64,000 nt of DNA, taken from contig OZ024748.1 of assembly GCA_964016885.1 (NCBI GenBank), positions 49,228,001-49,292,000 on the forward strand. The letters are read 5' to 3'. The translations under genes and the position numbers were made by a program. The stretch's first letter is position 1. Each line of letters opens with the position of its first letter. This stretch comes from Eledone cirrhosa. Taxonomy: Eukaryota. The notes beneath the pieces are model-generated. The model made no database searches. It saw only the letters and a program-made list of their open reading frames with translations, and was not told where the DNA came from. This document shows positions 1 through 20,233 of this stretch, one piece after another.

Positions 1-389
1 TTTCAACGTAATTCTATTATTACAACTAATCAAGTGTTCGATAAACACACGCGACAGACATAATGGAAGTAGAACGTGGAATCGGGGTGTGTGGTGTGAA
101 TTAAAACAATATAAAGATGAGTGTCAGAAATATATCATTGGCATAAGAGGTAGACAAAAAATGATAGCAATATAATTAATTGTTCAGGGTCGAGAAATAT
201 TAAAGTAGCGAAATTTACCCTTGAAATAGAGTATAATGCAACAAAATAAAATGGAGGGGAAATATATACAGGACCAATAAGAATATAAATTTGACCTTCA
301 AACAACCGAAATTCAATTGACATGCATTAAAAATTAAGGAAAATGATAATGACTTATTGAAGTCAAAATTATAAAAATTTGTTACGAAC

Positions 390-434
390 CATGCAGCGAG
401 TAGCCGAGGGGATGTATCTGGTGCAGGCGTACAT
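390..434 (-). CDS. First coding exon of a divergent gene; probable mitochondrial presequence of ATP synthase subunit c (ATP5MC/ATP5G-like); gene continues beyond window start
   Basis: Strong minus-strand acceptor (ttttttctttcttttttcctgtcag) opens an exon at 466; ATG at 434; MYACTRYIPSATRCM then phase-0 donor ATG|gttcgt at 389. Resembles ATP5MC N-termini (MFAC.K...) and their noncoding exon 1 / short coding exon 2 layout. Identity rests on 15 aa only. Confidence 0.5.
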
Positions 435-652
435 ATTTCTCAGTCAGAACTTTACCCAAGGTAAACCTGACAGGAAAAAAAGAAAGAAAAAAATGCCGGC
501 TGAAGGTTAGTTGGAGGATACAGAACGAGGAAAAAATCCGAATTCACTGTAATAAAAGACAGCAACTGTTAATTTTTTTCTGAAACAATTGAATGTTGAA
601 TGTTATAGTATTTCTAAAATTCAATTAATAAATAATGATGGCAAAAATTTAC

Positions 653-735
653 CAGTTAGTAAGATGGATTGATCAGAGTAACTTCGCCACAGAAACAAAC
701 TCGACAGACTGAGTGATCAGATCAAGAGGGAGAGA
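653..735 (-). other. Putative non-coding exon 1 of the divergent gene
   Basis: Minus-strand donor ctg|gtaaat at 652; pyrimidine-rich start region tctctccctctt near 725-736; exact TSS uncertain. Confidence 0.4.
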
Positions 736-995
736 TAATCTCACGCATGCGCAACACAGAAATTTGTTTTAATTCGTTTAGAGATTAAGTTATAAAAATA
801 ATTTTTATAATGAACATTTCTTATTGACATTGAACGAATTATGAAGGAGAATGAATATATAATATACATATGTTTTATTTAAAAAAAATATTGTCATTTT
901 CAGTTTCATAACGGAAACACACGAGTGAGCTCCGTCAACCACATGCGTAGCGGCCTGTGTGCATATGTCTACCTTGAGTCTGTTAAAGTTGGCAA
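736..995. promoter_or_regulatory. Compact bidirectional promoter with NRF1-like site
   Basis: CGCATGCGCA at 744-753 (NRF1 consensus TGCGCATGCGCA); lies between divergent gene starts; aaatggcgg (YY1/TISU-like) overlaps the JAZF1 ATG. Confidence 0.5.
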
Positions 996-1095
996 ATGGC
1001 GGTGTTTCTCATTAATAACTGTCAATTTCAAGGATGTGGATTGCGATTTACGACATTAACAGAACTCATACAGCATATAGAAGACACTCATTTAG
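996..1095 (+). CDS. JAZF1: JAZF1 exon 1 (first C2H2 finger)
   Basis: MAVFLINNCQFQGCGLRFTTLTELIQHIEDTHL matches JAZF1 C.F.GCGL.F.TL..LI.HIED.H; donor G|gtaggt; 100 nt, phase 1. Confidence 0.93.
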
Positions 1096-2390
1096 GTAGG
1101 TTTTTCCGCTCTTCCTTCAGCATTCTTTCATCGGTAATAACAAATCGAGCTGTGGCCCCGGCCCGACTTACGCTCAGATCCATCACTACTTGCTCGCATG
1201 ACTTGAAAACAAGTTTGTTTACATTCACTTTTCTTATTGGAGATAGTAGTAGATGGTCTTTAATTTATTGTCGTTGGCATGGCATGCATTGTGCACTTAA
1301 ACAACAGTACTTTTAATATTGTTATATGGATGAGTGACGAAGCGCAACCGACAGATAGTGTGAGGGGTGGGCTAACACCCGGCGAGGCGAGTCTGCGACC
1401 CGGTTTCGTTTCCAAGTTGAAAGCTGTTATTATTTTCACCAACGATGCTACTGACAAACTCATGAACGCCACATAACCTCCTTTCTGTTATATAGCAATA
1501 AATCTGAAAAATGTGTGCCTATATGTAGAAATGATCGTCGTTACACGACCAGGTCCGTAGTTGTCAACACGACTGCTGTCTTGCAGTCCTCCGCCTATTT
1601 GCTTGTTATGAAGGCGTGGTGTCGGATTGTTTTGCCGGTATCAAACGAAGCTGGTCACATCTATCTATCTATCTACCTACCCCCCTTTTGGGAATTTCGT
1701 TTGTATGTAAACTCCCCAATTGTATTTGTCCCCATCTTTTGCGCCCTTGTGGCAAATAAAGAAATATATCTATCTATCTGCCCCCCTCCCATCTGTATAT
1801 GTATCTATCCATGTATCTATCGATTTATTTATCTATCTAACCCCCATTTGTATATCTATATATCTATATATCTATATATCTATGTGTATACGTATGTATG
1901 TACGTATGTATGTAGGTAGGTATTTATATATTTGTCTAACTCTCCATCTGTATATGCATCTATCTACACATTTATCCATGTATCTCTCTATCGATCTATA
2001 TATATCTATCATTTATGTTTCTATCGATCTATTTGTGTATGTATCCATCTACCTAGCTCAATATCTACATATGTATTCATCTATATTTATATCTAAGTAT
2101 GCATGTATCTATGTATGTGCCTATCTATCTCGATGTACGTACGTATGTATCTATCTATCAGTGTATGTATGTATGTATGTATGTTTGTATGTATGTATGT
2201 ATGTATCTATCTATCTATCTATCAATGTATCTATTTATCTAGCTACCTATCTATACATCTATCTACCTACATATCTATCGCACTATCGATCGATCTCCCT
2301 ACCCATCTATCGCACTATCTATGTATTTGACTACCTATCTATGTATGTAGTTATGTATTTATCTGTCTCACGTCTCTGCATCTATCTATC

Positions 2391-5669
<3,279 letters not shown>

Positions 5670-5670
<1 letters not shown>

Positions 5671-6205
5671 ACTTTGAATAACTTTGAAATGTATTGGCCC
5701 AGGCCATGTCTAACTTAATAGCACCACCTGGCGAAGTCTTTCAATTCAGGATTTGGGCACCATGGCCCATTCGAGAAGAGAATTACTGTTTGCGGAGACA
5801 TATCCGGGTGTGGGTGGTTTGTCCGGGATTACTTGGAGGAATTTGTCCAAAGACTTCTTGAATTTTGTGTGGTCAGTTTCTGTTTTGACGTGTCCTGGTG
5901 TGATGTTGAAGAGAGCAGGGCCGATTGAGGTGAAATAATTGTGCCGTATTGTTGTTATGAGTTGCGATTTAGATTTTTGAATGGGACGGATAGCACGGGG
6001 CCCAAGCCTTGGTGTATCTTGAAGGCGATGCCAACATCATTTGGGCAGTGATGATGGAACATTTTCCACATCATGCAGATAATATAACGCTCACGGCGAC
6101 GTTGGAGTGAGTAAAGTTTCAGGTTTTCCAATCGACCCCAGTAGTCAAGGTCTGACATGCCATCTATCTTTTTCGTGATTGCCCTTTGAGGAGCTTCAAG
6201 TTTCA
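5670..6205 (-). mobile_element. 3' end of CR1/L2-group LINE
   Basis: [22 protein letters not shown]...FKKSLDKFLQVIPDKP; tandem ttcaaagtta tail; near-identical to 51272-51592. Confidence 0.8.
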
Positions 6206-6220
6206 TGATACTTGATACTT

Positions 6221-6314
<94 letters not shown>

Positions 6315-6360
6315 CATATATGTATATGTATGTATGTATGTATATATATGTATGTATATG

Positions 6361-6420
<60 letters not shown>

Positions 6421-6426
6421 TGTATG

Positions 6427-6512
<86 letters not shown>

Positions 6513-6518
6513 TGTATG

Positions 6519-6618
<100 letters not shown>

Positions 6619-6639
6619 TGTATGTATATATATATGTAT

Positions 6640-7247
6640 GGTCAGGTCACCAGTTGGTGCTACTGGTAACATGTATCCCAGTACAACCTGTCTCATGGTC
6701 GGGTCGTTGGCGACTAAACTGGCAACCCCACCAAGGTTTCTTGGTGAGGAGGGTGACTTTGGACATCCTACAGGACTAAAAACAAAACCTGTCAAAAGGG
6801 CAAAGGAGCTCTTAAGAGTCAATGGCCATCTAAAATCACCGGGAGAGATGACCCCTTAGCCTTTGTCAAGGCAGAATTCTAGGAGAAGGAAAACTCTGAT
6901 ATAACACCTGCAACCCTGATGGTATCCAATGATGTTGACTAGTTCTTCTTTTTGGTAAATATCATCTTGGTTAAGAGAGTGGGACTGGCTTTGTGCAGTG
7001 CCTTTGCTCACTATAAAAGCTTCACAGCACAGGCATTGCTTTATATCTGGAGATCTCTCTGCATTTGTCATCACGTGGTACCATGGGCCCAACACTATGT
7101 GTCAATAATTGTCACAAGTGTAGTGATTGTGCCAGTTTTCAAGTCGCTGGCTGGACTAAAAAGTCACACTCGTTCAGCGCATCGGTAGGGGTTCTCCTAC
7201 ATGGATATAAAGTAGTGGCCGTACTCGAAAACGAGTTGGCAGCCACC

Positions 7248-7250
<3 letters not shown>
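6640..7250 (+). mobile_element. ~600-bp non-autonomous repeat in (TATG)n with RTE-like 5' sequence
   Basis: Homologous to 42222-42838; contains ggagaaggaaaactctga, a motif typical of RTE 5' regions. Confidence 0.65.
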
Positions 7251-9990
<2,740 letters not shown>

Positions 9991-10320
9991 AAAATATTAA
10001 ACAAATAATGAACAAACAATTCCTTATATTAAACAAAAAAAGTTCATTATTTAACGATCGTTTCTAGGATATATATGTGTTATAATTGGTATGCATATTC
10101 AACAGATCTATGTACAAAATTATACAAAATTATACAAATTATCAAGATTAAATATACATACCAAACACATATATACGCCAATATTTTATCTTGACTCTGT
10201 ATACCGTTTATCTTTCACCGAAAGTCGTTTTTCATTGCATCTCTTCTTTCCATGATATCCGGAATACATTGAGTTCTTCATACGGATTGGACACTACCGT
10301 AAACTCTTGGTAGATTTATC

Positions 10321-12465
<2,145 letters not shown>

Positions 12466-12862
12466 CCAAACCCATGCAAGCGTGGAACACGGACGTTAAA
12501 CGTTGATGATGATGATGTGTATATATATATTCTTGTCTCAAACATAGACTCAAACACACATACATATATAATCTGAATATGAGTGTGTGATAAACGTAAT
12601 GAAACTGAAAATAGGACAGTACATATACAAAGGAACGTGACAAACACAACGATTAAAATGTCTTTTCTTTTCCCCCCTCTCTCTCTCTATTTATTTATGT
12701 AGTGTCTATACATATTTGTCTGTCTGCCTGTCTGTATGTATGTTTGTATATATATCTGTCTGTATATGTTTATCTATATGTATATCTGACTGTCTGATTA
12801 TTTCTCTCTCTTTCTCCCCACCACTCTCTCGCCCTGCTCTCCCTCTCTCGCTGTGTGCGTAT

Positions 12863-12893
<31 letters not shown>

Positions 12894-12905
12894 CATATAT
12901 ATATA

Positions 12906-13631
12906 TATCCTTCTATGTTGTTTACTTGTCCCCTCGCTTTACGCGAATTACTGGTCCCAATAACTTTTTGGGGTTATTGCTCGCACCAACCTGAGGTATT
13001 TGATTTTTAATGCGATGAAATACCAATGATGGTTGGAAAATCACTGACGAAGGACTATTTTTATTATATGTAACCCATGTGCAACCACGCAGTATTCTTC
13101 TCATGTTTTTTATATATATTTACCTCAGCTGCGTTTGTCTGCTTCTCTCTTACTGCTTCCCCGCTCTCTCTGTTTCTCTCGCCTTCTTTCGCCCCCTCTG
13201 TCAGTTACACTTTCTCTCGACTGACCTCTTCCTCACACTTCCACTCACTCACTCTCTGTTTCTCCCCTTCTCACTTCCTCCTGTTTGGCTTGTAGTGGGT
13301 CTCTTCTAGCTTACATCTCACACACATCAACACGGTCTGTACCTCTCTCGCTCATGAAATCCACCCAGCTTATGCTGACCGGACAACCATGTTGCTTGTT
13401 TATTTTCCTATCTTCGGTTTGCTTTTATCCTTCTATGTTGTTTACTTGTCCCCCTTGCTTTACGCGAATTACTGGTCCCAATAACTTTTTTTAGTTATTG
13501 CTCGCACCAACCTGAGGTATCTGATTTTTAATGCGATGAAATACCAATGATGGTTGGAAAATCACTGACGAAGGACTATTTTTATCATATGTAACCCATG
13601 TGCAAACCACGCAGTATTCTTCTTTCTTCTC

Positions 13632-13640
<9 letters not shown>
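12906..13640 (+). repeat. ~200-bp direct repeats (12906-13110, 13427-13640) flanking a pyrimidine-rich spacer; pseudo-LTR-like
   Basis: Near-identical copies, each with truncated hammerhead start CTGACGAaggac. Confidence 0.7.
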
Positions 13641-13678
<38 letters not shown>

Positions 13679-13926
13679 CAATGGAATTGTGGTAAGGAAC
13701 CAGATGGACCATAACGCACCAGAGTACTCAATACTTAGGCTAGTAGAGTGGGAAATAGGAAAAAAAATATATATATGTCTGTTTCTCTCTCTCTCTCTCT
13801 TGGCAAGCTGTATATATGTAGATATATATATATATGTGTGTAAAAGGTAAACAGAAATAACAACACAATCGGTACAGTATATGGAAGGTATATAGTAGGT
13901 TAACGCTTGATATAGCAGGAAGAGGG

Positions 13927-13962
13927 TCTTAACGTTTCGGACGCTAGTCCTTCATCAGAAGA
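13927..13962 (-). ncRNA. Minimal type-I hammerhead ribozyme motif (Penelope-like element type)
   Basis: tctt CTGATGA a ggac-tagc-gtcc GAA ACGT T aaga: core, stems I and II, palindromic stem III. Confidence 0.7.
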
Positions 13963-14057
13963 AAGAATGAGAAATAAAATAGATTAAGGTGTCAGGCGGG
14001 ATGGAATTGGAAAAAATGTCTTTAGATAAAAATAATAGGTCCATTCATGTTGAAATC

Positions 14058-14107
<50 letters not shown>

Positions 14108-14260
14108 GTTGAGCCGGTGGTCGAGGGTGGCGTAGAGGCCGTGTAAGCGTGTATATATATATATATTTTATAGTGGAAACAGTGAACAAAAAAACAACAA
14201 TTGGAAGCGAAGAGGCAGTACAAAATGTTAATATTAGTTTCATGCTTGAGAGTGGGGGAA

Positions 14261-14288
14261 AACGTTTCGGGCACAAGCCCTTCATCAG
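14261..14288 (-). ncRNA. Hammerhead core with decayed stem I
   Basis: CTGATGA a gggc-ttgt-gccc GAA ACGT T; stem I partner missing. Confidence 0.55.
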
Positions 14289-15039
14289 GAGAAAAGTGGA
14301 CAGAAAAAGAGTTCCGATGGTGTGAGGGGGAGTGGTGGAAAGACATTAAAGGGGGGCACATTTTCTTGGAGGGTAAAAAAATTAAAACGAACCAAGTGGT
14401 GAAAGGCTGTGAACCGTGTAGGGGTGGTGGTGGTGGGAGGTGGGGGGGGGGGTCCGGGCGGGTAGGGCTGAAGGTGGTGTGTGTGTATGTGTGTAGGTGT
14501 ACGTGTGTGTGTGGATGTGAATCTGAGCGTTGGGGGAAGAACGAGGTTCCGTGTTCGGGTAATAGGGAAACCAGTGTGTACATGGGGTGGGGTGTAAGTC
14601 GGTGTGTGTGGGCGTGTGGATGGAGAGAGGTCAGAGGGGGTGGGGGAGAGGGGTGTGCGGAGGCTGAGTGTGTGTATGTGAGGATACGCAGGTGTGTGTG
14701 TGTGTGGTGTGGATGTATGGTTGCGTGGTGCGAAAATAGCCTACATGAAAACACTGACATGATCCTTATAGTGTGGACTGGTCTCTTTTGTTGAAGCTCG
14801 AGGTGGGGATCACTTTATAGAGGAGGTTGAAAACTTGGGAAGATGCTTGGGGAAATTGGGGACGTAGGTATAAGGGAAGTTTATGGGAAGAGAGATGGTA
14901 GGGAATGGTGTTGCCTACTAAGTATATGACTCAGCCAGAGAATAATAGAGGGCGGGTCTTCTGTAATACTTGATAGTGCCAGAGGTCACGGTCCTGTGTC
15001 ATCATTTTAGTGAGGTGTAATTGATCAAAATCAGCTCTT

Positions 15040-15865
15040 ATTATCTCATCCCAAGTATTCCTAGGCCTTCCTACTCAATGGCTACAGTCAACTTTGAATG
15101 CTCTGCACCTTTGTATATAGCTGTCTTCTTTCATACGCATCACATGTCTATACCAACGCAATCTCTTTTCCTGCACACATCTGATCCCTCTTATGCCTAA
15201 TTTCTCGCGCAGTTCATTTATGCTTTGCCATTCACATATATTGCTATTGCACATCCAACGAAGCATGGAGGCTTTTCAATCTTCGCATTTCCTCTGCACA
15301 CAATGCCCAGGTCTTGCTGCTGTGCAACATTGTTGTTCTTATACATGCGTCATACAGTCTGCCTTTCATTTTGAAGGAAAAACCTTTTGTAGTTAGCAGC
15401 GGTAATAGAACCCTGAACTTTCTCCAACCCAATCTCATTCTGGTTACTGTACTTTCAGAACACCCTCCCTCACTGCTGATTTGGTAACAGAAGCTATCTA
15501 CCACTTTTATAGAGCCCTCTGGGCTGGTTGTATCCTGAAAGCACTTGCTACTTATTGCTCCTTTGCACCGACTGCATGTAAAACCTGCATTCTTTGTTAA
15601 TCTGCCTGGGATCCCACTACATCTCTTACACTTGGGACATAGGATGGAATTTCTACCTACTCCTATTCTGCACACTGAGCAAGGCCATTTCCCTGAGGAA
15701 ATCTGGACCCTGTTATGCTTTCTATTTATTAGCACTTTAGTCTTTGCTAAGTTGACTTTAAGACCTTCAGATTCCAGGCCGTGCTTCCAGGTTTGGAATT
15801 TCATCTATAATTCAGCTATAAGGGTGAGGTGATCTGCATACAGAAGTTCCCAAGGGCAGCCAGTT
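15040..15865 (-). mobile_element. RTE-clade LINE fragment
   Basis: GCPWELLYAD, GLKVNLAKTKVL, KWPCSVC, RLRWYRHVMR; frameshifted. Confidence 0.85.
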
Positions 15866-15881
15866 TGTTTGGCAAGCTGTA

Positions 15882-15916
<35 letters not shown>

Positions 15917-16269
15917 CATCATCATCATCATCTTCGTTTAATGTCCATCTTCCACGCTAGCATGGGTTAGACGGGAGTTGTCCCACTTGAGGCAAGGTTG
16001 GTCGGGTGACCGTGCCTCGCTCATATAGGACTATCTGGCAGGTTTTCTACGGCTGGATGCCCTTCCTAACACCAACCACATTTACAGTGTGGACTGGGAA
16101 CTTTATATATATATAATTCATTTTTGAATTTGTTTTGTGAGATTTCTTATCAGTAAACGTATGTTGAAACAGATTTTGTTATACTTTGGGAGGGTCGTGA
16201 TGCCAATAAAAACATACTCCTGTTAGTTTTCATTTTAATTTATTTCAATTTATCAGCACAGGGGGATCT

Positions 16270-16541
16270 TTGAAATGGGTGTGTTTTGTTAATTAGGGTT
16301 TTTATGGGAATACCTGGTCTTTCAACTATCTTGATATTTAATTTGGGGTCCTTCTAAATCTATAAGCTAGTTCGCCTCTAGGGGTCATATTGACGAACAT
16401 TACATTCTGGTATTTATTGCTATCATACCATGAGTTTATTTTATTTGCCTTATTCCTAATCCTTTCTATTCTGTTCCAAAATTTGGTCCTATACATGGGG
16501 CAACTTCCATTTGCATAATTTTCTTCAATCTTTGCCTGCAA
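16270..16541 (-). mobile_element. Probable Penelope-like element ORF fragment
   Basis: PMYRTKFWNRIER...WY...VMFVNMTPRGELA...IKIVEK resembles the RT-to-GIY-YIG linker of PLEs (recalled motif). Confidence 0.45.
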
Positions 16542-16571
16542 ATTTTTATGTTTTTATTTTACATTTTATAG

Positions 16572-16644
16572 AAACAGATCTTAAAACACTTGAAAAACAA
16601 GAAATGCACCCGCCAGCCTCTGTCCCTCTAAGTCAGATTTTAAG
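16572..16644 (+). CDS. JAZF1: JAZF1 exon 2
   Basis: ttttatag|...ETDLKTLEKQEMHPPASVPLSQILR...AG|gtaagt; homologous to human DTDPRVLEKQELQQPTYVALSYINR; 73 nt keeps phase. Confidence 0.9.
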
Positions 16645-16761
16645 GTAAGTTCAGACAATTAAATTTTATGCATGCATACACACCTAACCTGGTACACATC
16701 TATATATATATATGTATATTTATGTATGTGTATATATGAATATGTGTATATATATATGTAT

Positions 16762-17094
16762 CATCATCATCATTTCATTTTACGTCCGCTTTTCCCTGCT
16801 TGCAAGGGTGGGACGGGAACTGATTCTGGCTCGATTTCTACAGCTGGATGCCCTTCCTAACACCAACCTCATTTACAGTGAGTGCTGGGTGCTTTTTTGC
16901 CGTGGTGCCTCCACGTCCACTTTGCAGTGGAATGATAGGGACCCCAGTCCCTATCATCTCATTTCTACAGCTGAGTAAACTGGAGTAATGTGAAATAAAG
17001 TGTCTTGCTCAAGGAAACAACACATCACCCGGTCTGAGAATTGAACTCACAACCTTTCGATTGCAAGGCCAATGCTCTAACCACTAAGCCATGT
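16762..17094 (-). mobile_element. tRNA-derived SINE (V/Meta-like body, ATG-repeat tail)
   Basis: A box tggcttagtggtt, B box gagttcaattc, ccttgagcaagacac body; near-identical to 19887-20233 and 22626-22967. Confidence 0.85.
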
Positions 17095-17178
17095 GTATAT
17101 ATATATCATGTTAAGTATTTCCATAGAAAAGGTAAAGGAAAGAAGAGTGCTCTATCTATTGTACAGAGCTATTTAATT

Positions 17179-17531
17179 ATGTAATAAACAATACAATATA
17201 ATTATTCCATTACCCAAGGTTTTGCGAAGTTAAACAATTCTAACAGAAACGTCTGATTTCATTCATCAGATATATGTATATTTTTATCTTTATTTTTATC
17301 TTCAATTTTATGTATGTGTGCATGTATATATATATGATTCTGTCTGTACATGTATTTTTTCTGTTATTTTAATTCAGCCTAACTTTCATTTGAAATAGAT
17401 TTTAATTTTGTATCTTATATCCATAATAAAGATATTTCATCTGATGAATGAAACCAGACGTTTCTGTTAGAATCATCTAACTTCGCGAAACCTTGAGTAA
17501 TGGAATAATTATATTGAGTTGTTTATTACAT
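17179..17531. mobile_element. MITE-like inverted-repeat element (TGTAATAAACAA termini)
   Basis: ~90-bp imperfect arms; related termini at 38727-38873. Confidence 0.65.
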
Positions 17532-17544
17532 TGTTATTTGCAGA

Positions 17545-17815
17545 ATTATAATAATAATAATAATAATGAAATTATTGTGTACAGTGCTCAGGTGCACTAC
17601 AACTCATCAAAGGTGCATGTATAGTACATAGAATAATGTACAAATGTCAGGAAAGTGAACAGTGTATGAGTCATGATATAATAATAATAATAATAATGAA
17701 ATATTGTGTACAGTGCCCAGGTGCACCACAACTCATCAAAAAGTGCATGTACAGTACATAGGGCAATGCACAAACATCAGGAAAATGAACAGTGCACGAG
17801 TCATGATACACACGT
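17545..17815 (-). mobile_element. Two tandem CR1-like LINE 3' tails with (ATT)n
   Basis: Homologous to 35310-35535, which encodes RVAKAWNKLPASVV on the minus strand. Confidence 0.7.
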
Positions 17816-17978
17816 GTGCATGTGTATTATGTAACAGGATTACGTTTAACCCAAACATAGAATAGGGGATAGAAAATTTAATTCGGGAACAGTCCGCTAA
17901 TATGGTGTTATATCTATAGCAGATGGTCCCCGAATGACACTTGATGCCAACTTTGTGGGCATACACACACACACGCGC

Positions 17979-18009
<31 letters not shown>

Positions 18010-18096
18010 GATATATATATATATCCTGGAGCTTCCAACAGTAATGGTTGCATTCTTTAAGGGTATGTCAATATTTATAAAACTGCTCTATATTAT

Positions 18097-18159
18097 ATTT
18101 TATCTGATGAAAGCACACCATAATTTAACTTGGTGTCCTTGAAATATGTATAATGAAAT
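18097..18159 (+). ncRNA. Type-I hammerhead motif, family A
   Basis: attttat CTGATGA aagcacacca-loop-tggtgtcctt GAA ATATGTAT A atgaaat; homologous to 40609 and 45514 copies. Confidence 0.65.
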
Positions 18160-18932
18160 AAATATGGTTTTATAAATATAGTTTCCATTTGTTAATATCA
18201 TATATATATATATATATATTTATTAAAATAACAGATTCAAGTTTAAGCAAAGAATCGCTGCTTTCACCCTTAACGGGATCTTCTGAAACTAACAAAGTCA
18301 ATCTGTAAACGCGGAAGTGGATATTTCAAAAACGTTGCAACCGGAGGAAAACAGGAAGATGATACTTTGGTTCGTGGAAACGTTCGCTGGCAAAGAACGG
18401 GAAAAAAACGAATATAATACGTCATTAATAGGAGCGGTGAAAAACAATTACGCGCAAAGACAGAACCACGTTAATGGTATAAAGAGGTCGTAGACTAATG
18501 TTCTCTTAGGTGGTTCATAGAGACGTTCTCTGGCAATGAACGAAAAAAACGAAGGCAATACGTCATATGTGGAGCGTGGAGAACAATTGCACGCAAAGAC
18601 AAAACCACGTAAATGGTATAGCAGAAGTCGTAGACTAAAATTCTAACTAGGAAACCGAATGAATCTCCGCTTATGAGTTAAGAACAAAGTAAATAAATAC
18701 AATACAGAAGTAATAGAAATTAAATAAATACATACACGCATACAAATACGTACATACACAAGCATACGCAAAAACACTTACCATAGGTATACAAAACCAC
18801 GCACAGTGTGTATATATATATTTGTGTGTATTTGTATATATATATATATATGTGTGTGTGTTTTTTGTGTATATATGTGTGTGTATTGTTATTATTTTTA
18901 ATTATAGTTTATACTGTGACTTTTACTTACAG

Positions 18933-19024
18933 AATATCAGCAGATGCTGCTAAAAGAGCTCAAGTTGAGTTGATTCGAAAGAGGTCCCATGCTCAATCCC
19001 CTGTGTGTTCTCCTTCAAACAATG
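18933..19024 (+). CDS. JAZF1: JAZF1 exon 3
   Basis: cttacag|ISADAAKRAQVELIRKRSHAQSPVCSPSNN|gtaagt; homologous to FMTDAARREQESLKKK; 92 nt keeps phase. Confidence 0.9.
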
Positions 19025-19886
19025 GTAAGTAATCATCACATAGATGTAATATCTCATAGACTAAGTCTAATTGCTGCTGTAAGCAATCGATTCTAAGTCA
19101 GTTATTTAAAACAATGGTTATATCATATTTGGCCTAGTGGTTAAGGAATTAGATTCATAATTGTGGGGTTGCGAGTTTGATTCCAGGACTGGGTGTTGTG
19201 TTATGTCCTTGAGCATGACACTTTATTTCACATTGCTCTGTCTGCCATGTGTTTCGACTGGTAGATAGTATGGGCAATAGAATGACCAAAGGGAACATTG
19301 TTTCCTTGGTCCAATTTGACGAGTTCCACCCCGACTTAGTGAGCCAATGAGATCTGGTATCTTTTCGATCGTTTCCTACCTATTAATGTATCTATTTGAA
19401 ACTGACTCTGGTGATTCTAGGCTGCAAATTGCCAGAGTCCTTAGAATGTCGGATAGAGTGCTTTGTGGTATTTCCTCTCTCTGCTCTCTTAGTGCAAATC
19501 CCACCGAGGTCAACTTTGCCTTTTATCCTTTTGCGGTCAATAAAAAAAGTACCAGTCTAGTACTGGGGTCGATTCTTCTTCTATATCTCTTTCTCACTGC
19601 CATTCTCTCACTTTCTCTATCCTTCACTGGAAGATATTTGCTGTAGTCAGGCCTGGCGGGAAGGCTGCCTGTTAATCTGGCGTTCCTACGACTCCCTCAG
19701 GAGTAATGGGACTATACCATACCAGAATAGTTTTCTTAATCTCACAAAATGTCTTCTTTGTTTTCTCTTTCTTCTTGCTCTAATTCTTCTTTCTTCTTGC
19801 TCTATTTCTTCTGTCTGTTCATTCACTGAAGATACAGCTTTCTTTAATTAGTAGCAGCACTAACATAGTGTGGTTCATAATTGAGG

Positions 19887-20233
19887 CATCATCATTCATC
19901 ATCATCATTTCATTTTACGTCCACTTTTCCCTGCTTGCAAGGGTGAGACGGGAACTGATTCTGGCTTGATTTCTACAGCTGGATGCCCTTCCTAACACCA
20001 ACCTCATTTACAGTGAGTGCTGGGTGCTTTTTTGCCGTGGCACCTCCACGACCACTTTGCAGTGGAATGATATGGACCCCAGTCCCTATCATCTCATTTC
20101 TACAGCTGAGTAAACTGGAGCAATGTGAAATAAAGTGTCTTGCTCAAGGAAACAACACATCACCCGGTCTGAGAATTGAACTCACAACCTTTCGATTGCA
20201 AGGCCAATGCTCTAACCACTAAGCCATGTGCCT
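19887..20233 (-). mobile_element. tRNA-derived SINE, same young family
   Basis: Near-identical to 16762-17094. Confidence 0.85.

Noticed and set aside
1096-1316. Continuation of ORF 996-1316
   Set aside because: Intron read-through after the donor at 1096; JAZF1 homology resumes at 16572.
14062-14794. His/Pro-rich and Gly/Val/Cys-rich ORFs
   Set aside because: GT/G-rich low-complexity part of a repeat element.
17035-17094. tRNA-like sequence
   Set aside because: SINE head repeated three times with an attached SINE body; no proper acceptor stem.
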